Source: Eledone cirrhosa (Eukaryota). Taken from it: DNA of 64,000 bases. The notes below the pieces were generated by a model. That model was not told where the DNA came from. It saw only the letters and a list, made by a program, of their open reading frames with translations, and searched no databases. The stretch covers positions 233,430,001 to 233,494,000 of the forward strand of contig OZ024743.1 in NCBI GenBank assembly GCA_964016885.1. The letters are read 5' to 3'. Below are positions 11,357 through 22,574 of this stretch, piece by piece. Positions within the stretch are counted from its first letter, which is position 1. Every line of letters starts with the position of its first letter. A program made the position numbers and the translations under genes.

Positions 11357-14300
11357 AGTTGCATTTATCTTGCTTTATGTTCATACGAGTTATCACCAAG
11401 TCACAACCAGTGACCTCAAGAGACAACAAGGTCCGCCATGTTCAAGAAAGAACATACATATTCACACATGCATCTTTAGTGTTTAGACTTGTGATGTACT
11501 TATATTGACAGAATCTTCCTTAATATATGGGCAGTTCCCATTAATACTATCTTTTGTATTTCTCCTATACGCGGGTTTCCTGGGATTTGCGATATGTAAT
11601 CATTAGAATCCTTAGGTATCATTCCCAGAGCGCCTACAACCACTGGTATTGTTTTAGTTCTCAATTTCCACATTTTTCCAATTTCTATCTCCAGGTCCTT
11701 ATACTTGCTCAATTTTTCAAATGTTTTTATAGATACATTCTTGTCTATTGGAACAGACATATCAATTAGCAGGCATACCCTCTTTTGAAAGTCTTTCAAT
11801 ATTATATCAGGTCTGTTTGCATCTATTTTTCGGTCTGTTTGGATGCTAAAGTTCCACAAGATTGAGATGTGATCTTTTTCAAGTATGGGAGGTGGTTGAT
11901 GCTCCCACCAATTCTTTTGATGGGGCAGGTCAAAATGCTTACACATTATCCAATGTATGTATTGTGCAGCTCTGTCATGCCTGTTTAGGTATTCGGTTGG
12001 AGCTATAGGACTGCACATTGAAATTATATGGTCAATGGTCTCTGGTTGTTTTTTGCATACACGGCATAATGGGCTGCACCCATTTTTTATTATGTTGGCT
12101 TGGTCATTTTTTGTTGGCAGACACTGATCTTGTGCCGATATAATCAGTCCTTCAGTCTCCGATTTCAGTCCAGAGGATGCCAACCACTGATGGGTTAAAG
12201 TTTTGTCAACATCAGGATTGTTAGCTCGCTCTGGGTATTTTCCATACAGAGGCTTTTCTTGCCACTTCTTAGCCAGTTTCTGTAGCAGTTCTTTCTTTGC
12301 AGTTACTTTTACCTGCTTTGCTTTTTCTGTGTTTTCCATTTCAGCAGTAAATGGGACTTCTGAAATTTGTAGTCCATTACTGTATCTTTGTGCATCTTTT
12401 GTAATGGAATATGATCTTTTGATGCTTTCGTGTTTCAAAACGAGTTTGATCATCCAATCATGTGATTCCCTTAGATATGTAGATAATCCAATTGTTGCAG
12501 TTTTCAACGCAATGTCTAACTGGATTAACCCACGTCCTCCTTCTTTCCTAGGGAGATATATTCTATCTATATCTGCCTTAGGGTGATGCATTCTGTGCAT
12601 GGTTAAGAATTTTCGAATTTTTGTATCGAGCCTACGGATCTCTGTGCTTGACCAGTTGATGACATTGTAACTGTAGGTTACTACTGGTATGGCAAGCGTG
12701 TTTATGGCATCGATCCTATTCCTTGCATTCAATTCCGTTCTTAAGATTGCTCTTACTCTGCGGTAACATTCCTTCCTTATCCTTTCCCTCATTGTCGAGT
12801 ACTTGATTCCGTCTCCTTCACAAACACCTAGATATTTGTAAGTTTTTTCTTGATCAAGTTCTCTTATCACGTTCCCCCGATCAAGATTAATGTCTGAACT
12901 CTTCAGCAGCTTTCCTCTGGTGAACGTTGCTTTGGCGCATTTATCTAGTCCAAACTCCATTTTAATGTCATCACTGAACTGCTTCACAGTGGATAATAGC
13001 CCTTGCAATTGTTCATCATTTTTTGCAAATAGTTTCAGGTCATCCATGTAGAACAGGTGATTAATGGTTTTGTCATAGACTTTATATCCATGTTTTGTTT
13101 CATTGAGCATTTTACTTAATGGTATAAGTGCGATGCAGAATAAAAGCGGTGATAAAGAGTCACCCTGAAAAATTCCACAATTAATATTAACTTCTCCAGC
13201 TTCCAGTGATTTTGTTTCACTATTCAAAAGGAGTGTCGTTTTCCATGTCTTCATACTGAATGACAAAAACCTCCTGACAACGGGGGATATTTTGAAAATC
13301 TCTAAACATTTTTCAATTCAACTGTGTGGCAAACTATCGAATGCTTTTTTATAATCTATCCAAGCAATCGATAGATTTTTGTGTCTATTATGACAATCTT
13401 CCAGTATCATTTTGTTAACCAGAAGCTGATCCTTACAGCCATATGAGCCTCGTTTACACCCTTTCTGCTCAATGGGAAATAGGTCATTTGTTATCAGGTG
13501 GTCATATGTGTATTCAGTTAGGACTGATGTTAACATTTTATACATTGTGGTCAAGCAAGTTATCGGTCTGTAATTTTGGGGATTGTTTGTCTCATCATTC
13601 TTCGGAAGCAGGAATGTAATGCCGTTAACTAGCCATGATGGTATCTTTTCTGGCTCCTTAACTATTTCATTGTAAAGTTGGGCTAACAGCTCATGAGACT
13701 CTGTGAAGGCATTTATCCAAAAGTTTTGTATTTTGTCTTTTCCTGGGGATTTCCATTTGCTGGTTTTTCTTAGAGCCAAGCGCAACTGTTCAACTGTTAT
13801 ATTTTCCCATGTTGTCCCTCAAGGTGAGCTGTATCTTTCATTTGTCTGTCTATCATTGGGGCATGTATGTTATGAGCTTTTTCTTCGGCCCAGATCTTTT
13901 CCCAGAATTCTTGCACTTCCTCCTTGGGTGGTATTGATTTAGCAGTTATTGTTGACTTACCAATTTTTCTGTAGAAGTTTCTTTGGTTGTTTTTGAACAT
14001 ATTATTGTCCTTATAGAATCTAGATCGTTTTTCAAAGCGCCTTATACGAGGAGCTTTGGCCGACACTTTTTGCTTGATTATTTCTATCAGCATGTCTATG
14101 TCACATGTTGATTTTATACTGTACTTTTTTTTCAATTTTCTAAGTTTAGTTTGTTTAACATGTTCACCTACTTTATAGTTTGTTAAAATTTCTATGTCAG
14201 ATCGGAGAAGGTTTATTTGGCGATTGATATTCTCTTGCCAAGTAAATTTCTTGTGGGAATTCCTTTGTTTTTTCATCTTCACTCCACATAAGTGAGTGGT

Positions 14301-15000
14301 GACTTTAGCCGATGCATAATAGAGATGATTTAAATCAGTAATGTTTAGTTTGTTTGTGATGATAATGTTTTTGAGAATTATGTTAGTCTTGTGTATTATC
14401 TTTTGGTTCTGTTTGGAGTTCTGGATCTTAGGGAGGGTGTCTCGTTTCCCCATGTCAGATTCTTTCATTTTCATCCCGAAAACAGAGGCAATATAGCCTC
14501 TGTTTTCGGGATGTTTCTTTTTCCAGTTGATATATGTCTGTTCTGTATTCGATGTATTTGATGGGTAGTACATGGCAGTGTAGAAAGCCTCAAGGACTTC
14601 TTTATTATCTTCCCTTGACCATTTTTCTCTCTTTTTCTTTGGATTTCTTGGTGGTGAGCATGGAGGGCCAACAGTAGGAGTATTCCGGTTATGGGAGGTC
14701 TCCAGCTCCGAAGTGATGGGAAGGTTTGAACCATTAGCTGATTTTTCGACCCCAGTCTGGTTCCTCTCTGAGAGACGCGGCCCTTTTTTACCCGGGTGAC
14801 GGCCGATCCGGTATGAGATTTTATCATTAGACATTTACTTTATTTTGTCGCGTTTTATCCTTATCCGCAAAGGGGTAATCATTTCGTGTTACCACTTCTA
14901 GAACGAGTGTCAACCAACACTAGAGGGGTCGTTCTCCCCTAGAGACACGGCTATTCCCCGCTGGCCGCCATCCCGGTATTTCTTGGTCACGGGGTTTTCT
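11356..15000 (-). mobile_element. Near full-length Dong/R4-clade element (family B); single ORF broken into 13797-14834, 13318-13785 and 11500-13266
   Basis: WKSPGKD, NYRPITCL, WIDYKKAFDS, GIFQGDSLSPLLF, FYMDDLK (RT); CRVC..ETIDHIISMC, RHD, RPD..IDMSVP (RLE); 3' end abuts (TAA)n; 5' boundary approximate. Confidence 0.88.
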
Positions 15001-16010
15001 TTTTGTTGTTTTTTAAAATTGTTATTATCATGAGTGGTTCCTTAATGTGAGCATTGCGTGGTTTAAGAATGAAATTATTAATAATTGTCTCCACTCCAGG
15101 CACAAGGCCAACAATCACCCAGTGCATTACAATAATATAATATACTTTTTGCTGAAGTTGCCTGTTATTGTTGTTGGCTATGTCGGTGGTGGTGTCGGGG
15201 CTTTTTATATTGTTGGTGAGGAAGGGGTGAGCCAGCAGTCCCATAGTTGTTGATGTTGACGTTTGGCCGGTGCCCAGGTCACTAAGTCAATCTATTTATA
15301 TCTTTTGCTAGCCTCTCCCTTGTCTAGTGATACCGCCACCTTCCCCTTTCGCTCTCAAGTTAACAGGGGAATAGTGGTGGTAGCAATGAAGGAGTGGTGG
15401 CGGCGGTGATGGGATAGTGGTAGCAATGATGGATGGGGTGGTGGCGGCGGTGGCGTTGTCGTTACTGAGTTTTGTGATATGTAGTATCTATGAGTTTGTG
15501 TTCGTATGTTTAATATATATTGTGTTGACATATTCCCGTAAAATTAAACATTTTGTTAAAACTTGAGACAATAATAATAGTAATTATTATTATGATGCTG
15601 GGATTGATGGTGGTGGTGGTGAAATTGCCCTTATCTGGCTGTTATATTTAGTGTGATGGGGTAGGTGGTGTATCAAGTTTCTGGTGTTGGTGAAATTGCT
15701 ATTTGGCTGTTCTATATAGTGTAGACAGAGGGTGTTTTCTTCCATTTATAACCATTTTCTTTTTTTTAATACAAAATATATAATACAAAATTGAATATTT
15801 GAGCGATATAATAATATAATATGGATCCGAAATTTTATGGGACTTGATTCGGTGGTTTATGCAACATTTGTACTAAGAATTGTTATTTCACAATTGATTT
15901 AAATATGTTAAAAATCAAAAACTTACGGGAGCGATTTCATTACCTTCTACCACCTCGTGCGTCTTATTCTTCTTCTTCTTCTTCTTCTTATTATTATTAT
16001 TATTATTATT

Positions 16011-16270
16011 AACTGGGAGAGGGCACTTGCCTTGGTGGTCAGGGTCACTGTGGCCTTTTAATGGGCTTTCTCCACAAATGTCCCTCTGAAGTCTCCCCCT
16101 ATTGGGGAATTTTTCATTGTTATTTTTTGTTACATCCTCTGTTTTTGTTTTTTACACGCAGAAATGCCCATTTGTACCGTCCTGTATTGTTCTGCACTGT
16201 CCTTAATGTCTACTTCATGTAAACCCTTGTGGTTAATAAAGAAATCATTATTATTATTATTATTATTATT
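16011..16270 (+). mobile_element. Solo 3' UTR copy of the Tx1-like family inserted in (TTA)n
   Basis: Matches 9607-9842 closely; (TTC)n(TTA)n upstream and (TTA)n downstream. Confidence 0.9.
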
Positions 16271-16766
16271 TATTTATTCATTTTTTTTTTTTGTATTATG
16301 AATTCAGAATTGATTTCATCATGTATTACAACTGAAGAATAAATTGAATGTAGAATAACAAATTTCTATACAATATATTTTGTTTTTTTCTTCTGATAGC
16401 ATTTCAGGTGAACCATTTCAGGGAACCATTTCAGGTGTCTCTGCTAGTTGAGAATATGCTCAGAAATATGCACAGAAATTGAAGAGAGACTGTGTTACAT
16501 ACTTTTCTGTAATCAGTAAAGTAATCCACGATACATTTAAAATAGACGATATTATATATAAACTGCATTACGGCGAAATGTTATGAAAACGAAAAAGGAG
16601 AAAATTAGCGACGGAAATATGAAGGTTATGATGCAATATATGAGCATTTATATAAGCGATGTGATATAACGTACGGCTATGTGTGTTATGATGTAGCGGA
16701 CGCTAACAGGAAAGAAGTGAATCTTAAAATAAGCAATACATTATATATAGGAATATTTATGTTTAA

Positions 16767-17860
16767 CTAAGAGCTACGAAATTTAGTAGATAATACTTTC
16801 CTCAAAATGTGCGCAATACCTACTAAAGCCGCCTTTTGTATGAAACCCAACCTGTATGGTATTCCCAGTCGCTTAAAGAAGTCTTGAAGTTTCAATGGGA
16901 TTGAACCTAATGCCCCGTTCGCAACTGGTATTACTTTCAGATTATCACCTTGCATTCCAAATAGTCCTGTCAGCCCCACTTTCAATGTGTAACAACTCTT
17001 CGTCATTGTTTATCAAATATTCTGCAAGCGTTCTCCTTTCACTACTGATGAGGCCTCTGCCACCATTCTTTCTCTTCGTGTATAGTCTATTAATATTTGC
17101 TTTAGGGTGTAAAGCTCCATGTAATGTCATTAAGGTGTCAAGGCTATAACAATTAGTAACGGTGAGAATAAGTCTCCTTTGCAGAAAACTATTTTAATTT
17201 CTACTTCTCCCAGAAATACGTTGCTTGAGTACAATTTGGTTTTCCACTCTGACATAAACATTGTAATGTTGTCAGCAATACCAAACATCCGCAGGCATTC
17301 ACCAATACAAGAATGGAGCACCATATCATGTCTTCTTAAAGTCAATCCAGGTCATAGACATATTTGTGTGATGTTTGTTACAATGCCTCAAAACTGTCTT
17401 TTCAATAATCAGGTAATGCTTGGTACCCTGGGACTTCTTACATTCTTTTTGTTCCCTTTGTAGTATGCCTTCCTGTGACAGAAAAGCATATGTCTTCCCC
17501 GCAAATATCCCAGTGAGAACTTTCCATATTACTTGTATGTTTAGGCATGCTATAGCGAGATAGTTTCCCACAGCATTCCCCTCCTATCTCTTACCACAAC
17601 CGTTTCCACCATGTATCTATCCAGGTGGGGACTGCACCTTTCTGGACACAATCATTCAATTGTGTTGTCAGTCTTTCATGCATTGCACTGCATCTCTTCA
17701 AACAAAAGCTGTGGATCCCATTTGGTATTTTGGCCACGTGATCGACTGTGCTTATGGTAATCTCTCTGTACATTTCCTCCTCGCAATTCTATCTTGATGG
17801 TGTCTATCCATTTGATATCCTTTCTATGACTCATTATGTTTCCCCATATCCAATTCGAAA
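16767..17860 (-). pseudogene. Old, internally deleted Dong/R4-type element
   Basis: Fragments NYLAIACLN, WIDFKK, KGDLFSPLL, LHPKANINRLY..GGRGL, IQKAALVGIAHILRKVL match family B motifs. Confidence 0.75.
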
Positions 17861-17865
17861 ACTGT

Positions 17866-18057
17866 GAAGTGGCAGTATCGGTAGAGCGTCGGACACCCTG
17901 CTTCGCGGCATAGTGTTATGCCCCTTTACGTTCTGAGTTCAAATCCCGCTGAGGTTAGCTTTGCCTTTCATCCTTACTGGGTCGATAAAATAAAGTACCA
18001 GTAACTAACTGGTGTAGATTTAATCGACTTTCCCCTCCTCCAAATCGCTGACCTTGT
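17866..18057 (+). mobile_element. tRNA-derived SINE with Nin/Deu-like core
   Basis: A-box-like TGGCAGTATCGGTAGAGC, B-box GAGTTCAAATCC, core GCCTTTCATCC..GGTCGATAAAATAAAGTACC; three relatives in the window. Confidence 0.8.
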
Positions 18058-18261
18058 TATTAATATTCACATTTTATCCATTATTACTTTTTATCTTTTA
18101 ACTTTTCTGGGGGGTCTTTAAATATAAATCTACAGTTATTCATTTATCTACTCTCTCCCCTCCCTCTTAGTGGTGTATATAAAACCCATTAGTAAGTGTA
18201 TATAAAAAGATCCTGGGGCCTCTGTCAACAGTTTACATATGTCTTTGCACATATAAATTCG

Positions 18262-18348
18262 CATATCTGAAGAGATGTCGAAGAAGAATCGGGCTCCATC
18301 ATTATGATTCTACACTAAGCTGATCGATATCGAAACAATTGCAATCTC
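18262..18348 (+). ncRNA. Degenerate type I hammerhead ribozyme
   Basis: CTGAAGA, stem II GATGTCGA/TCGATATC, GAAA, palindrome CAATTG; cleavage triplet and stem I are damaged. Confidence 0.5.
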
Positions 18349-18614
18349 TATCTATGTATGTCTGTGTATGTCTGTCTTAGTATATGAATGTGAGAGTGTA
18401 TGTGTGTGAGTGTGTAACAACACTAACAAAAAATAACACAATGAATATTGTTTACCCTAAGGTGCTTCAAGATTGACAGATTTTGATTTCTAAATTCTAT
18501 TATCATTAAAATTTGGATATTTTAAAAATAAGATATAGATATTTTGAAATAATTATGAGAAAAATAAACATATCTTTATATTTGTTGTGTACTAATCTAA
18601 ATAAGAACAGCAGT

Positions 18615-18644
18615 AACCCGGGCAACGCCGGGTAATTCAGCTAG
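18615..18644 (+). mobile_element. Helitron 3' terminus
   Basis: ACCCGG-GCAACG-CCGGGT hairpin followed 7 nt later by CTAG then T. Confidence 0.7.
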
Positions 18645-18838
18645 TATGCCAATAAGGCTTGTACATAGCTGCAACACTGACTTCGATTCTACTTAATTTA
18701 TTTACACTCTGCACACTACAGCTGTCTTAACTCTGGAATACAACCCATACAATACGAACCTCGTAACAACATCGAGTACTTTGACCGGCGCGCCGCCTGT
18801 AAGTGTAGTTACACACCCAACACACACACACACACACA

Positions 18839-18920
<82 letters not shown>

Positions 18921-18974
18921 CACATATATAAATATATATATATATATATGTATGTATATACGTACACACACACA

Positions 18975-20075
18975 CAGAAATGCGCATATATCAAAGAGTG
19001 CGAACCACTCGGGCCCACTCTGTTTGCACTGAGCATTGATGACGTCACAAATATGGGGGTTGAGTTGGACCTCAACGTCTGTTATCTTGACGACGCTTGT
19101 TTTAGGGAAACTCCGGATACGGTTCTCGCCACTTCTAACAAAATGGCTGAGGAGCTAGGCTGTCGGGGTCTCCAGTTCAATAGCTCCAAATGTGAGCTCT
19201 GGATCCTCAACCATCCAGCTTCTCAACACCAACAAACAATCGACCTGTTTACGGAGTCCTTCCCTTCCATTGCGGTCTTTGCCTTTGAGTCAATCTTCCA
19301 ATCGAAGATGGTTGGCCTTGAGCAGCTGCTCAAGAATAATGAAGCAGAATAACCCCATCAAGATTTTTTCATACTCAGAAACTACCTTTCGATTCCTAAG
19401 CTCTTGTATCTGCTCAGGATCAGCCCTTCTCACAGATTTTCGTCGTGCCTCCAACGCTTCGACGACATAATCTTCGAGAGGCTCGAGTGCTTGGTCAATG
19501 ATAGACTCTATCCAGAGTCCCACAATCAGGCTGCGTTGTCCAAACGATTTGGGGGACTTGGTCTTCGTAAATGTTCGTCCCTCTCTCTCCCCTGCTTCCC
19601 TTCATCCATCCACGTTTGCTCCACCCTGGTGAGCAGCATCCTCTCCTCTCCAACATGGACTAGTTTCAACAAGGAGTTGGATGAAGCTCTTCAACAATGG
19701 AGTGAGTTGGGCTTGTCTCTTCCTGAGAAGGTGGAGGACAGTCGAAGTCAGAGAGCTTGGGACAGCATAAGTTCGAAGGCCACCGTCGAATCCCTTTTCG
19801 TCCAGTCGGATCAGTTAACAAGGAGCCGCTTACTATGTGCCAGCGCCAAATACTCAGGTGACTGGGTTGGTGCCTACCCGTAGCTAACGTTTGTGGCCTA
19901 CTCAGTTTGGACGAACTTCGTGTCTCCATTTCCCCCAGAATGGTAGCTGACGTCTGTACGGGTTTGAGGTGTCGATGTGGAAAACTCCTCGCCTCCACAG
20001 GCCTCCACAGGCCTCCACAGTCTTTCTTGCCGTCTGAATGCCGATCACTTCGCGCGTCACACGAAGCTAAACCTT
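18975..20075 (+). pseudogene. Decayed CRE-clade non-LTR retrotransposon (RT 3' half to zinc knuckle)
   Basis: PLGPTLFALSI, CYLDD, QAALSKRFGGLGLR, SGDWVGAYP, CRCG; adjoins (CA)n/(TA)n. Confidence 0.7.
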
Positions 20076-20406
20076 ATTCCCAGTTTTAGTAGTATACTAA
20101 ACCATCCGTGACCCGTTGAATCACGTTAATTTCAAAATATTTTTTAAAATATCACACCGTTTGTAATCTTAGCTATTAAAAAAATACCATCTGTAGGGGT
20201 GTGCCTCTGCTACTCCTTCAACAACAAAATAGGTCAAATTTGTTACAAAGGCTGAAGAGAAGCCGGATTCTATATCATAACATTTGCAGCGCTACAGGTT
20301 AAATAGTGTAAGTGGATAATTTCATGTTGCTATTTATATGTTTATTAAGTATGTGTGTATGACTCACCACTCCAGACTATATTTTACATCATCCAATTCT
20401 CACTAA

Positions 20407-20477
<71 letters not shown>

Positions 20478-20732
20478 CTCTCTCTATTGATATATATTCT
20501 TTCTTCTGTTCAGATGCTTCCACGTTCTCATAATTTATCGTTCACTTCTCATCCTTCCCTTTCTCTTTGGAACACCCTTAGTCACCGTTTAAACCCGCCT
20601 GAGAATAATAAAGTGAATCGTGCACTGTAAAAAGATATTCGGTGAAGTTGAAACTGTTTATGATACATACGTGAAAACAAAAGAAATATGCATGAGAATG
20701 CTGTCGATATTATTGTGATGATAATTGTTTCT

Positions 20733-20895
20733 ATTGTTGGCATAAGGACATTACTAATGCTTTATTTTATCGACCCCGTTAGGATGAATGGCAAAGTTAA
20801 CCTCGGCGGGATTTTAAATCAGAACATGAAACGCCATAACTCTATACTGCAAAGCGTGGCGTCTGACGCTCTACCGATACTGCCAATCCACCTCC
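20733..20895 (-). mobile_element. tRNA-derived Nin-like SINE
   Basis: Reverse-complement similarity to 17866-18057. Confidence 0.7.
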
Positions 20896-21788
20896 CATTG
20901 TTATGACGATAATGGAAGCATTGATGAGTTTTTGCAGTGGTGGTTGGCATTGTGACAAGGTTGTAGTAGAGTAAGTTGGTATGATAGTGTTGTAGTGGCT
21001 GAGATGGTCGCTTGGTAGCTAGCAATTGCCTCCCCTTAACAACCCTTCAGGGAAGGGAGGCAAAAATACACCCGGACACAGCCACAGGTTCACTCACTCT
21101 TTCTGGACCACGGACATGAACAGACGTGGAAAGATCCGCTCCTCAAAATATTGACGTTGTAGGAAATTTACTAAATTATTGCATTAAATAAAATGATTGT
21201 TAGACTTGGTTGTGCATTTATTTATTCGACAAAGAGAAACATCACTTTTCTTTATTGGCGACCCTGACGATAAACAATGAAAACGCAGCCTATTGGAGTC
21301 CGAAATTCTTTTTAACGGCAATGTGGAATGGCTTAACATTTGGAATGTCCGAATCACTTAGCGTAAGTCCATAAAATTCATTATATTCCATTTGTTATAG
21401 CACGCATACAGACAAACACAAAAATACAACACACAACAAAAAAAAAAAAAAAAAAAAAAAAAGGATTTCTCTGGAAATAGAATTTTGCTTCCAACATTCT
21501 GTGGAAATTACAAATGGAGATATTTCGTTTTCCCGCGTTCAGCCTGTCTTCTCCAATCCCAGCCATCTGATTGGCTGCATCGTGCCTCATGACGGCTTCA
21601 TCACGGACACATTTTTAAATCAGCCATCTTGGATTTCCTTACCATTAATTTTCATAGAAAATGATTTTTTTTTATTATTAAAATTTTCTTTGGGATATTT
21701 TTTTTTAAAGAAAAAAATTACCAGCAATCAGCAGCAACACCTGGCTAACTATTGACCAACACCAAAAAGTCATCAAATACGTGGCACC

Positions 21789-22574
21789 ATGAGTCAACAT
21801 CATTTGCCGTCCTTCGCAGGCGACATCAAGTTGTGGTTTGCGCAGCTGGAATGTTTCTTCGAATTGACGAAGACAAAGGAACAGCATAAGCTGAAGGTCC
21901 TGATCAATGGCCTACCTGTTTCCTTGGCATTCTCGGTGAAGGACGTTGTGACGGATTTAGACGCCGACGTTACCTACGGCTCATTAAAAAAAGAAATCCT
22001 TCGCCGAAATACCAAGTCGGTAGAGAGCCGTTTTCGGGAGTTGTTGGACGATGCTCAAATGGGTGACAGGAAGCCGAGCTCCTATTTGCGACATTTGCGG
22101 GAGTTGAGCGACTCCCAGGGGATTGACACCCCCTTCATAAAGCAACTTTTTTTCTCACGCCTACCACCAAGTGCGCAAAGAATATTGGTCAATAGTTTAG
22201 AGAAGGATTCACTGGAGCAACTTGCCGCGTCCGCGGATAGGATACTTGAGGTGGACTCGAACAGCAATCAGCATAACCCATATGTGGCTTCAGCTTGCGT
22301 CCCTCCACGCAGTTCTTCTGTGGCCGACGGCAAACTGTTGGAGTTGATTGAAGCTTTCACCAAAAAGGTAGAGGATTTGACGGTACATCACAGAGAGCCT
22401 TCTCAACGTTTGAGGTATCGTTCGCCGCCGTCCTCTATTCATCGCCAGCACTACAACGCAGGCAACAATAATTCTTCGTTGTGTTGGTACCATGCTAACT
22501 TCGGCAGTAGGGCGCAACGTTGTCGCACGCCCTGTGATTATAAGAGATCGGGAAACGCCAAGCAGAGCCACTAG
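21789..22574 (+). CDS. gag: Gag (261 aa)
   Basis: LWFAQLECFF, MGDRKPSSYLRHL, C-terminal CWYH..FG..A..C..PC motif typical of invertebrate Gypsy gag. Confidence 0.9.
   Translation: MSQHHLPSFAGDIKLWFAQLECFFELTKTKEQHKLKVLINGLPVSLAFSVKDVVTDLDADVTYGSLKKEILRRNTKSVESRFRELLDDAQMGDRKPSSYLRHLRELSDSQGIDTPFIKQLFFSRLPPSAQRILVNSLEKDSLEQLAASADRILEVDSNSNQHNPYVASACVPPRSSSVADGKLLELIEAFTKKVEDLTVHHREPSQRLRYRSPPSSIHRQHYNAGNNNSSLCWYHANFGSRAQRCRTPCDYKRSGNAKQSH

Noticed and set aside
14945-14995. HDV-like motif near the Dong family B 5' end (CTATTCCCCGCTGG)
   Set aside because: On the antisense strand of the element and lacks a P1 partner
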